Origin: Nitrospirota bacterium
GTDB taxonomy: Bacteria; JACPQY01
Direction of reading: 5' to 3'
Assembly (NCBI GenBank): GCA_016180645.1
Contig: JACPAV010000010.1
Location: forward strand, 62,001 to 108,489
DNA length: 46,489 nt
The first letter of the stretch is position 1. The number at the start of each line of letters is the position of its first letter. A model generated the notes under the pieces. The model was not told where the DNA came from and did no database searches. It worked only from the letters and a program-made list of their open reading frames with translations. Of this stretch, positions 9,589-17,699 are shown piece by piece. The position numbers and the translations under genes are program-made.

Positions 9589-11123
9589 AGCCCTCGGGCA
9601 CTATCCCGAAGGTGGTGATGGCCGCGGCTGTCTTGTCCTGCCTGCTCGCGTGCAGATTGGCATTCCGCGAAGAACTCAGCCCGGACGAAATCCACCGCTG
9701 GCTGCTCGCCCAACTTCATCCGAGGGACATGTTTCAAATGGCGCGGAGCATCACCGGCGGCAACGAGCTCTTCCTCCTCATGACGAGGGTATTCGTGGCG
9801 ATCCACTGGTCCCCCCTCGCGGTGCGGGTTGCCAATGTGCTGATCCATGGCCTGACGGTTCTCCTGGCGTACCGTTGGTTCAGTGCATGGTTGGGCCGGC
9901 GCGTGGCGGGATTCGTGGCCATCTGGATCGCAGGGTCGCCCCTTCATGTCTATGAAGCATACGACCTCAAGGAATACAGCGGTGCGGTGTTGATCGGTCT
10001 GTGGGCGGTCCGGCTGGGCCTGGAGTCCCCGGAGCCGGCTCTGAAGCGGTCCATCCAACTCGGCTTGATCCAGATGGCCGGCACGGCCTTTACGCTGACG
10101 TTGGGACCGTTTTGGGGGGCATACGCGGTGACGCAATGTCTCACGGCGCAAAAGCGTTCAAGAAGATGGATGGCCCTGATGGTCCTTCAGCACGCTCCTT
10201 GGATCCTCATCGGGCTTCTGACCCTCCATCGGTGGGATGCGGCATATCGGCCCATCTACTTCAGCCTCCATGCGCAGGCGCTGAGCAGCAATCCCCTCAA
10301 GATCGTGGCCGACTTCTTTTCCCACGTCTACTTGTGGGTGTGGCTGCCTTGGGCCCAGCAGCCTGTCGAATGCGTCCCTCCGATGGCTCACTGGCTGTCG
10401 AACGGTTTCGCGATTGGACAGTGGGTGATTGGAGGGCCGCTCCTTCTGGCCTTTTTTTGGCCCTCGAACACCCATCGGCAGGAGAAGGATTTGCCTGCGG
10501 CGAAGTGGTGCTACCACTTGCCTATCTGGCACCTGGCCCTGTATCTTGCCGCTACGGGCATCATGGGAAGTCCGCATTGGTACATTCCCCGTGTGTACCT
10601 CGCCAGTTCCCCATTCGTATTCGCCCGCATCGCGGCAACCCTCGGAGAGCGGAAAGTCGGGTGGAGAATCGTCATGCTTGTGCCGGCGGCGCTCGCTGCC
10701 TTGGTTTCCATGATTGGGCTTGTCCGAGGGACCCACCCGTCACAGCTTCCCTCGCTACGCAAGTCTCTCCAGTCCGCGCAGGGGGAACTTCAAGGCGTGG
10801 GGCCGATCTACATTTATCCCGGCACGGGATTCCACTATGTTCAGACCTACGCGCCTCCTGATGTTCGCAGCCGCCTTCGACCGGTGTGGAAGGACGTGAT
10901 CGAGGACCCCTCAGGGTGGGGCACGATCCTGGCACCGATCTCCCCGGAGGAAAAAGCCCGATTCAAGGCTGAACTTACCGGCCAAGAGGACGCTTGGCTC
11001 ATAGGGCTGCCGGACCTTCTCTCCTTCCGGGATCCGCACCTCAGCATCATGCAGTCGAGCGGGAGACAATGGAAAACGCTCTCATGTTCTTCGCACCTGC
11101 TGCTGTACCGCAGTCTGCCATAG
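9585..11123 (+). CDS. GT-C membrane glycosyltransferase, paralog 5
   Basis: GTG 9585 overlaps the previous stop (GTGA); LSPDEIHRW, GGNELF, SPLHV..LKEYS, YIYP; most similar to paralog 4 (shared EAYDLKEYS, DFFxHVY). Confidence 0.75.
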   Translation: MKPSGTIPKVVMAAAVLSCLLACRLAFREELSPDEIHRWLLAQLHPRDMFQMARSITGGNELFLLMTRVFVAIHWSPLAVRVANVLIHGLTVLLAYRWFSAWLGRRVAGFVAIWIAGSPLHVYEAYDLKEYSGAVLIGLWAVRLGLESPEPALKRSIQLGLIQMAGTAFTLTLGPFWGAYAVTQCLTAQKRSRRWMALMVLQHAPWILIGLLTLHRWDAAYRPIYFSLHAQALSSNPLKIVADFFSHVYLWVWLPWAQQPVECVPPMAHWLSNGFAIGQWVIGGPLLLAFFWPSNTHRQEKDLPAAKWCYHLPIWHLALYLAATGIMGSPHWYIPRVYLASSPFVFARIAATLGERKVGWRIVMLVPAALAALVSMIGLVRGTHPSQLPSLRKSLQSAQGELQGVGPIYIYPGTGFHYVQTYAPPDVRSRLRPVWKDVIEDPSGWGTILAPISPEEKARFKAELTGQEDAWLIGLPDLLSFRDPHLSIMQSSGRQWKTLSCSSHLLLYRSLP

Positions 11124-11131
11124 CCCGCCCG

Positions 11132-12691
11132 GTGGTGGGTTCAGCGGATCGGCGTTTTCTCCTCGGGCTTGTGCTGCTCTCTTCAACCGTCGGCGGTGTG
11201 CTTGCGTTCAAGATGGATCTAAGTGTGGACGAATTGCATCGTTGGGAACTGGCGGGTGGCAATTGGGGGGACCTTTGGGACGGGAGCAGGAGAATCCTTG
11301 GCGGCAACGTTCTCTATGTGGCATGGCTGAAGATCCTCCGGGGTTTTTCCATTTCCCCCCAAGCGGCTCGTTTGATTGGATTACTGGCGCATGCGGCGGC
11401 CATCCCGCTGTGGTTCACCTGGGTTCTCGCGCGGCTTGGCCGGATGCCGGCGCTTCTATCTTCGGCATGGATGGCGGCATCTCCTCTACATGTCTTTGAA
11501 TCCTACCCCTTGAAAGAAACATCTCTTGTATTCCCCTTCGTGCTTTGGACGCTCACGGTGGGGCTGGGTAAACGCTTGCGCTGGAGTCGCGTGGCGCTTC
11601 TCGCCCTGGCCGAGGCATTGATCGTAGGCTTCTCGTTGACGGCAGCGCCGGTTTTCGCGGCCGCGTTCATGGCCAGGTTCCTCTCGACAAGGCGTCTCGA
11701 TGTTCGATCGATTCTCCAACCTCTGCCGATGCTCGTGGTGGGAGCGCTCACGGTGTTCACGTGGGATCCGACATTTCGAGAATCTTTCACCCTCTTCGCC
11801 TCCCGAATGTCACACGACCCGATCGCGCTGTTGATCGACCTGGTGGCCGATGTCGAGGCTTGGCGGTGGGTGGAGTTGGCCCGATCGAATCCATTTCCGT
11901 GCTCCGCGCCTCCAAGTGAAACGGCCTTGTGGGTCATGCGCGGGGTGGAGGTTTCGACCGGAGGGTGCCTCCTTGCCCTGCTCGCGCGAGGTCTGGGCGG
12001 CGGTACCGCCGGGTTTGGACGGGGGCCGGTTCTTCCTTTTGCCTGCCTCGCCTTCCTACCCTTGCTCTTCGAAGGCGCCGCTTCCGCCTTGAGAGGGCAT
12101 TTCGTTCTCTACCAGGCGCGGGGGTTTCTCTATGCCACTCCCTTCCTCTATGCGATCCTTGCACAAGGGGTGACGAGAGGACCGGCGGATGGGTGGAGAA
12201 GATGGAGCGTCTTGGCGGCGCCGTTGCTGCTCCTATCGCTGGGAGCGTACGCCATGGCCCTGGCCGGGTTTCACCCGCACACCCTGCGCCCCTTGGGAGC
12301 ATGGGATCGCAAAGTGAAGGAGTCCATCGGCGACCAAGGTCGAATCTTCGTTCACCCGTCCATCTACGCGCGCTACATTGCGATGAATGGGGGCGCTGCG
12401 CTACGCAGGAGAAGCCTGCCCTTGGGGCCGGAACCGCTCGCCAGCCCCCAGGGTTGGCTGACTTTGATGTCTCCGCTTGATGAAATGGAGTGGCGTTCGA
12501 TCACAAGCCCTTTGACTCGAAATGACCACGTCCTGGTTCTCGCCGCGGGTCTGCCTTGGCGGGATCCCCATTTCCAACTGGGCAGGGATTCATGCCGCGA
12601 ATGGAGCCTGGAATGGTGCGATTCGAGAATGGCCATCTACGGGATCGTGGCGGAGACGCCGAGTTGCACACGTCAGCCGGCCGACCGGTGA
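11132..12691 (+). CDS. GT-C membrane glycosyltransferase, paralog 6
   Basis: Probable GTG start 8 nt after the previous stop; LSVDELHRW, GGNVLY, SPLHV..LKETS, WRDPH. Confidence 0.72.
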   Translation: MVGSADRRFLLGLVLLSSTVGGVLAFKMDLSVDELHRWELAGGNWGDLWDGSRRILGGNVLYVAWLKILRGFSISPQAARLIGLLAHAAAIPLWFTWVLARLGRMPALLSSAWMAASPLHVFESYPLKETSLVFPFVLWTLTVGLGKRLRWSRVALLALAEALIVGFSLTAAPVFAAAFMARFLSTRRLDVRSILQPLPMLVVGALTVFTWDPTFRESFTLFASRMSHDPIALLIDLVADVEAWRWVELARSNPFPCSAPPSETALWVMRGVEVSTGGCLLALLARGLGGGTAGFGRGPVLPFACLAFLPLLFEGAASALRGHFVLYQARGFLYATPFLYAILAQGVTRGPADGWRRWSVLAAPLLLLSLGAYAMALAGFHPHTLRPLGAWDRKVKESIGDQGRIFVHPSIYARYIAMNGGAALRRRSLPLGPEPLASPQGWLTLMSPLDEMEWRSITSPLTRNDHVLVLAAGLPWRDPHFQLGRDSCREWSLEWCDSRMAIYGIVAETPSCTRQPADR

Positions 12692-12699
12692 GCAGGACC

Positions 12700-13419
12700 A
12701 TGCCGCGCACCCTCTCGATTATCATCCCTGCGTTCAATGAGGAATCCAGTATCGAAGAGGTAATCCGAAGGGTGGAACGGGTGGATATTGCATTCCTGGG
12801 CGTTGAAAAGCAGATCGTCGTGGTCGACGACGGCTCCACGGATGGCACCGTCTCGAAGGTGAGGTGTTCCGGAAGGGTCTCAGTCGTTCGGCATCCGCAT
12901 CGCCGAGGAAAGGGAAGCGCCATCCGGACCGGGCTGGCGCATGCAACGGGTGATCTTGTCCTCATTCAAGACGCGGACCTGGAGTACGATCCTTCCGACT
13001 ACCCATGCCTTCTGGATCCCATGCTGAAGGGTGCCGCCCGCGTGGTATATGGCTCCCGATTTCTGCTGAGGCGACGTCCGGAGGGAATGCGGCTCGCGTT
13101 CCTGGGGGCCAATCGTATCCTGACCCTTCTCGCGAATGTTCTCTATGGCGGCCGCCTTACGGACATGACCACGTGTTACAAGCTGTTTCGTACGGAGGAT
13201 CTGCGCGCGATGGACATCGAGGCTGAAGGATTCGAGTTCTGTCCCGAGGCCACGGCGAAATTGAAAAGAGCGGGGGTAGACATCATGGAAGTACCAGTCT
13301 CGTACCAAGCCAGGCAGTCGAAGGGAGGGAAAAAGCTCAGGTGGTGGGATGGTCTCGCCGTTGTCAAGTCGCTTTTCGAGTGGCGCTTCCGAAGGGTCGC
13401 GTCAATTGCACGCGCCTGA
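12700..13419 (+). CDS. GT2 glycosyltransferase, DPM1/polyprenol-phosphate sugar synthase-like
   Basis: LSIIIPAFNEE, VVDDGSTDGT, GKGSAIR, IQDADLEYDP, VYGSRF, TDMTTCYK, GKKLRWWDG; ATG 12700 preceded by AGGA (alternative GTG 12688). Confidence 0.9.
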   Translation: MPRTLSIIIPAFNEESSIEEVIRRVERVDIAFLGVEKQIVVVDDGSTDGTVSKVRCSGRVSVVRHPHRRGKGSAIRTGLAHATGDLVLIQDADLEYDPSDYPCLLDPMLKGAARVVYGSRFLLRRRPEGMRLAFLGANRILTLLANVLYGGRLTDMTTCYKLFRTEDLRAMDIEAEGFEFCPEATAKLKRAGVDIMEVPVSYQARQSKGGKKLRWWDGLAVVKSLFEWRFRRVASIARA

Positions 13420-14497
13420 ATTCCAGTTCGTACGCGTCGGCCACGGCTTCCCAACAATAGAGGCGAAGGGCGCGGTCACGGGCGACCGCACGGCGGCGAA
13501 CGGACGACTGCCCATCGCGGATGGCCTCCTGAATTACACCGAGGAGGCTCCTGGAGGTTTTCTGATAGTAGAGTCCATCCTCGCCCAGGACTTCTCGGTT
13601 AAATGGATTGTCGAGAGCGGCGACCTCGCATCCGGAGGCCATGGCTTGGATGAGGGCCGGATTTGTCCCCCCGACCTCGCATCCGTGAATATAGATCCTA
13701 GAGTTGCACCGCAATTCCTGAAGTACTCCCGGATCGTATATGGGGCCGAGGAAGTGGATTCTACCATTGGCATACCGATGTAGCTGCGTCACGTATCGGC
13801 TCCGATAGGATGCCCACCCTACCACCGCAAGTTGGAGAGGCGAGGGGGCAGAGGCCCACGCTTCACACGCCAGGAGCACATTGTTTTCCGGCTCGAGCCG
13901 CGTGACGATCAGGCCATAGCTTTGCGGAGTAAGGTGGAAATGGTTCGCCAGCAAGGCCGCATTGCGGGACGACTCCGGAACCGCTCCGTACGGGATGTAG
14001 GAGGAATCGGCAAAGTATGTGGATCGATAATAGTCGGCCAATACCTTGGAATCGCAGACAAGGACCTGGCTCCACTTGGCGCATGATCGGGCGCTCCACC
14101 GGTAGTAAGCCTTGGAAGTCGGCCCCCATTTGGCCCTAAGCCAATCCATCCCCCCCACGTTTGTAACAACGGGTATGCCAAAGGCATTCAAGAGAAGAAT
14201 AAGCGGTGCATGCGCCACGTTGAAAAGAAGGACCGCGTCCGGCTTCTCGCGAACTACATGTGGGAGGGCGAGAACGGTTGCGGATAAGATGTGGAGGTGC
14301 TTGGTCGGTATGCTGGGCATGTGCCGAAGCCGAACTCCGAGGTGCTCCTGGGGACGATCCGGGTACAGGCTCCTGTCACAGAATACAGTTACTTCATGCC
14401 CCCGGGCCACCAGCCTGGCAGATACTTCCTGGGCACACATCTCCATCCCGCCGTACCGGCAAGGGATGCCTTTTGTGCCGAGAATGGCAATCTTCAT
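13364..14497 (-). CDS. GT4 glycosyltransferase with DUF1972-type N-terminus
   Basis: MKIAILGTKGIPCRYGGME, RLEPENN, GCEVGGTNPALIQAMASG, DNPFNREVL. Confidence 0.85.
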   Translation of the reverse strand: MKIAILGTKGIPCRYGGMEMCAQEVSARLVARGHEVTVFCDRSLYPDRPQEHLGVRLRHMPSIPTKHLHILSATVLALPHVVREKPDAVLLFNVAHAPLILLLNAFGIPVVTNVGGMDWLRAKWGPTSKAYYRWSARSCAKWSQVLVCDSKVLADYYRSTYFADSSYIPYGAVPESSRNAALLANHFHLTPQSYGLIVTRLEPENNVLLACEAWASAPSPLQLAVVGWASYRSRYVTQLHRYANGRIHFLGPIYDPGVLQELRCNSRIYIHGCEVGGTNPALIQAMASGCEVAALDNPFNREVLGEDGLYYQKTSRSLLGVIQEAIRDGQSSVRRRAVARDRALRLYCWEAVADAYELEFRRVQLTRPFGSATRKAT

Positions 14498-14504
14498 GCC
14501 GGTC

Positions 14505-15272
14505 TCAGCGCTCGGAGGTCAGCGGTCGAGCCGGGAAGGTCCTGCTCAACGCGCGCAGGGATCCAACGGCCCTATATTCTCGAACAATGGTGAGCAGAAA
14601 CCTGGCGCCTTGGGTCGGGATATGAAGCTTGGAACGACCGATCCGGGCGCGTGCCTGAATGTGCATTTCGCCTATTCTGATTCCTCGTGCGACGGCCCGG
14701 AGTGTCATCGCGAGGCCGTAGTCAAAACCGTCCGGCAACGTGCCCACCTCTTCCAAGAACCCCCGCCTGAAGGACCTCATCCCGGAAGTGGGATCAATCA
14801 GGCGATGGTCGTACAGCAACGTGATGGCGGCTCTAAACAAGCGGTTCCCCAATTTTCGAATAGGGTCCAGATGACCGGAAAAGTCTCCATAGCGGGCACC
14901 GATTACCAGTTCGGCATCTGAACTCAGGGTTTCTTGGACAAGAGCAGAGAGCGCCCCAGGTGGGTAGGAGTGGTCGCCGTCCAGCATGGCCAAGACGGTT
15001 CCTCGAGCGGCCGCAAATCCAGTCCGCAGAGCAGCGCCGTATCCCCGTCGGTGCGGGTGCCGAAGGACGCCGACCCCCGTGAGGCTGGAAAGGACATCGG
15101 CGGTCCCGTCGTCCGACCCGTCATCGATAAGCAGTACTTCCGTTGAACGGATCTTGGGTAAAGACCGAAGAATGATCTCGCATGCCGCAAGAGTTTCCTC
15201 AACGACAAAGTGTATGGCTCTTGCTTCATTGAAGACCGGGATGACGATGGATAGCTGATCCCTACCTTTCAC
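14505..15272 (-). CDS. GT2 glycosyltransferase (DPM/DPG-synthase-like)
   Basis: LSIVIPVFNE, IDDGSDDGT, GYGAALRTG, LDGDHSYP, DPTSGMR, RIGRSKL. Confidence 0.87.
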   Translation of the reverse strand: MKGRDQLSIVIPVFNEARAIHFVVEETLAACEIILRSLPKIRSTEVLLIDDGSDDGTADVLSSLTGVGVLRHPHRRGYGAALRTGFAAARGTVLAMLDGDHSYPPGALSALVQETLSSDAELVIGARYGDFSGHLDPIRKLGNRLFRAAITLLYDHRLIDPTSGMRSFRRGFLEEVGTLPDGFDYGLAMTLRAVARGIRIGEMHIQARARIGRSKLHIPTQGARFLLTIVREYRAVGSLRALSRTFPARPLTSER

Positions 15273-15736
15273 CCTGCACCAATCCTCTCATCTGACTGTG
15301 GCTGGGCGAGAGTCTGAGCAGATAGGCGGCTTCTCCATCCCTACGATGAGCTTCGTGACGCACAGGGCGGGAGTTGGTGCGGGGCCATTGTCCAAGTATA
15401 GGTTTCGTGGGGCTGTGATTCAAGCTGCCCTGGCGGACCAGCGAAAAATCACCCCCCTCTGGGATCTCGGTTGCGGCGCCGTCCCCAAGACTCTTGGGGG
15501 ACGAATCTGGTCTTGGCATGCCACTACCGCCCGTGTCCGGGCTGGGGGGGGAACGAAGGGCGGCGAGGACGTGCTCCAAACGGTGGACCAATGCGCGGTT
15601 GTGGAGTTGAGAATCTGCCCGTTCGGGTGAAGACGTATGTCAAAGAGGCCAAGGAACCGGAAATTCCGAAGCGGTATCCCTGATCTTGCGCGCTTCGTGG
15701 CAGGAACAAGGTGGATGGGACAACCTGCGGGCCGAT

Positions 15737-15953
15737 GGCGTTTCCAAGAGAGGCCGCCGTTTGGTAGAATAGCATTGTTGGGTGATCTGATCCTGTCCGA
15801 CGTTCACTTGAGGGGTAAAGGTGATCCCCGCCAGTCCCAGTTTGTCCGTTTCATGGAAGCCAAGGCCCCCGAAGTGGAAAACCTTTTCATCGCGGGCGAC
15901 CTGCTCGACCTGTGGTTCGGAATGAAGCCCATCCTCGTGCGGGAGTACTATCC
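15737..15953 (+). repeat. 217-bp direct repeat, copy 1 (lpxH promoter + 5' end)
   Basis: Matches 17483..17699 with 9 mismatches by manual alignment. Confidence 0.95.
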
Positions 15954-16008
15954 GGAACGATGGGGTCGCCATTGCAACTTGAATTACGCGGGGGTCACTG
16001 TTCCGTAG
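15775..16008 (+). pseudogene. lpxH: Truncated lpxH copy (first ~60 codons, then unrelated tail)
   Basis: LLGDLILSDVHLRG...REYYP nearly identical to the N-terminus of 17521..18282; diverges after 15953. Confidence 0.85.
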
Positions 16009-16399
16009 AGAAGCACCACGCCCGGATCCTGTCGACCGCGAAACGCGCGTGCTCCAACGCCTCCAATGCGTCGGCCTCGGTGTACTCTTGATCACGGTAG
16101 AAGGCCAAGGTCCGGCGGGCATCCAACCAGTCCGATCCCTTTTCAACTTTCCTCAGCTCCTCCGCCGTGGCTTGTGGAATTCGCTTCCGCGCGGCGCTTG
16201 CAAATGTGCTTCCCACATCGTGCCTCTTCGGGTAGTCGATGCCGAGAAAATGCAGCGCCGCCTTGAGCGTCAACTCCACGGTCTCCTGCCCGCGGCGAAT
16301 GGTCTGGTTCCAATTGGCCTCTTGGAAAAGGGCTTCCGCTTCTTTCAGGGTCCGTTCCGCGTCCCGCATGATCGCGCGGGCCTTCTGGTGGTTGGTCAC
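15995..16399 (-). CDS. HEPN domain protein (HEPN-MNT pair)
   Basis: A..L....W......QE.VEL.LKA.L...G..YPK.HD pattern of HEPN (PF05168-like); 1 nt downstream of the MNT gene. Confidence 0.85.
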   Translation of the reverse strand: MTNHQKARAIMRDAERTLKEAEALFQEANWNQTIRRGQETVELTLKAALHFLGIDYPKRHDVGSTFASAARKRIPQATAEELRKVEKGSDWLDARRTLAFYRDQEYTEADALEALEHARFAVDRIRAWCFSTEQ

Positions 16400-16400
16400 A

Positions 16401-16904
16401 CTACAGCTCGAATTCTTCGCCGAACTTCAGGTCGGGTTTGATCTCCCAGTACCAGGAGCCGTCCGGCTGCCACACGCGGCGAGATCCGAGTTCCTTGAGG
16501 CGTTTCCTCATTTCTTCGAGCTTGCCTGCAAAAAAGCCATTGCGATCAAACAGGATGACGGCTTCCTCGGTCATGTCGAGATAGAGATGGCGGTTCTTCC
16601 GGGCCTGCTCCGTGGACAAGGTGAAATGACGGACCCGTGTCGTGCCCGGCAGGTCTTCGTCCAACCTTCCCTCCGGGCAGGTCTGGGCGAGCTTTTCAAG
16701 GAGCGCGCGCTGGGACCACCAGATTTCATTCGACTCCGGCCGTGTCAGCACGATGAGGATGTCAATGTCGCTCTCCGGACTTGCGGTCCCGCGGGCGACG
16801 GAGCCAAACAGCACGACCGAAACCAGATCATCCTGGTGTTGCTCCTGGAGCCCATGAGTGAAGGCCTCAAGGAACCTGCGGTAGTGATCGAATCCAAGTC
16901 CCAT
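16401..16904 (-). CDS. Minimal nucleotidyltransferase (MNT) antitoxin-like protein
   Basis: VVLFGSVARG...SDIDILIV GS-x10-DxD motif; C-terminal GSWYWEIKPD. ATG 16904 lies 6 nt after TATAAT. Confidence 0.88.
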   Translation of the reverse strand: MGLGFDHYRRFLEAFTHGLQEQHQDDLVSVVLFGSVARGTASPESDIDILIVLTRPESNEIWWSQRALLEKLAQTCPEGRLDEDLPGTTRVRHFTLSTEQARKNRHLYLDMTEEAVILFDRNGFFAGKLEEMRKRLKELGSRRVWQPDGSWYWEIKPDLKFGEEFEL

Positions 16905-16953
16905 TCGAGGATTATATACCAAGCGCGGTCACAACTTGCGTTTTTCCTGACGA

Positions 16954-17014
16954 TGGTAGCCGCACCCTTTACGGGTGCGTTTTCGGACGCGGGCATAAAA
17001 GCCCGCGGCTACCA
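16954..17014. repeat. GTAG-type REP doublet (REPIN-like)
   Basis: TGGTAG-CCGCACCC-TTTAC-GGGTGCG...CGCGGGC-ATAAAA-GCCCGCGG-CTACCA: two hairpins in inverted orientation with GTAG/CTAC feet. Confidence 0.85.
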
Positions 17015-17057
17015 GCCAATGCCATCTCGGGCACCGGGTGCAAGATTCCAGATTCCA

Positions 17058-17432
17058 GTATTTTGAACGGGTCCGGACGCTCGTTCGGGAGCGGTTCCGA
17101 GGCCGAGATCGGGTTTGCGGGAGTTGCCATCGGCCCGGGAGATCCTTGCGCCTGTGGAGGACTTGAACCGCCTGGTCCGGCAGGAGGCGGGGGTCACGGG
17201 TACGAAGGCGGAGGCGTTGCACGGGCGCGTGGGGCCGGAACTGGCGCGGTCGATTGCTTTGGTCCTTGCGGTTCGGCATAGCCAGAAAACATATGACGAG
17301 TTGGGGCGGTTTTTTGGATGGGTTCACCCGACGACGATTGCGAACAGAGCCAAACGATTGGAGCGGCGCCTCCGACCCGACGAACGGCTGCGGATGATCC
17401 TTGACCGTTGCGAAAAAGCTTGCCTGTCATGA
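17058..17432 (+). pseudogene. C-terminal remnant of RAYT/IS200-like Y1 transposase with DnaA_C-like HTH
   Basis: ARSIALVLAVRHSQKTYDELGRFFGWVHPTTI resembles the Bac_DnaA_C HTH at the C-end of such transposases; upstream FERVRTLVRER lies in another frame (apparent frameshift); no HUH/Tyr domain; followed by AGGTCTGACCCC. Confidence 0.6.
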
Positions 17433-17482
17433 ATCGAGGTCTGACCCCAAAGCCACTCGGCGCGGACGAGGGGACCTCTCTC

Positions 17483-17699
17483 GGCGTTTCCAAGAGAGGC
17501 CGCCGTTTGGTAGAATATGATTGTTGGGTGATCTGATCCTGTCCGACGTTCACTTGAGGGGTGAAGGTGATCCCCGGCAGTCCCAGTTTGTCCGTTTCAT
17601 GGAAGCCAAGGCCCCCGAAGTGGAAAACCTTTTCATCGCGGGCGACCTGCTCGACCTATGGTTCGGCATGAAGCCCATCCTAGTCCGGGAGTATTATCC
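17483..17699 (+). repeat. 217-bp direct repeat, copy 2 (lpxH promoter + 5' end)
   Basis: Matches 15737..15953. Confidence 0.95.

Noticed and set aside
7933-12699. Upstream extensions of ORFs at 7933, 9429, 10994 and 12556
   Set aside because: They overlap the preceding genes; paralog alignment and stop/start overlaps support the later starts.
15262-15630. Short ORFs 15262..15591 (-) and 15298..15630 (+)
   Set aside because: No recognisable motifs or RBS; treated as non-coding.
17115-17432. Possible dnaA fragment or replication origin
   Set aside because: No AAA+ domain or DnaA boxes seen; REP and GTCTGACCCC context favours a transposase tail.
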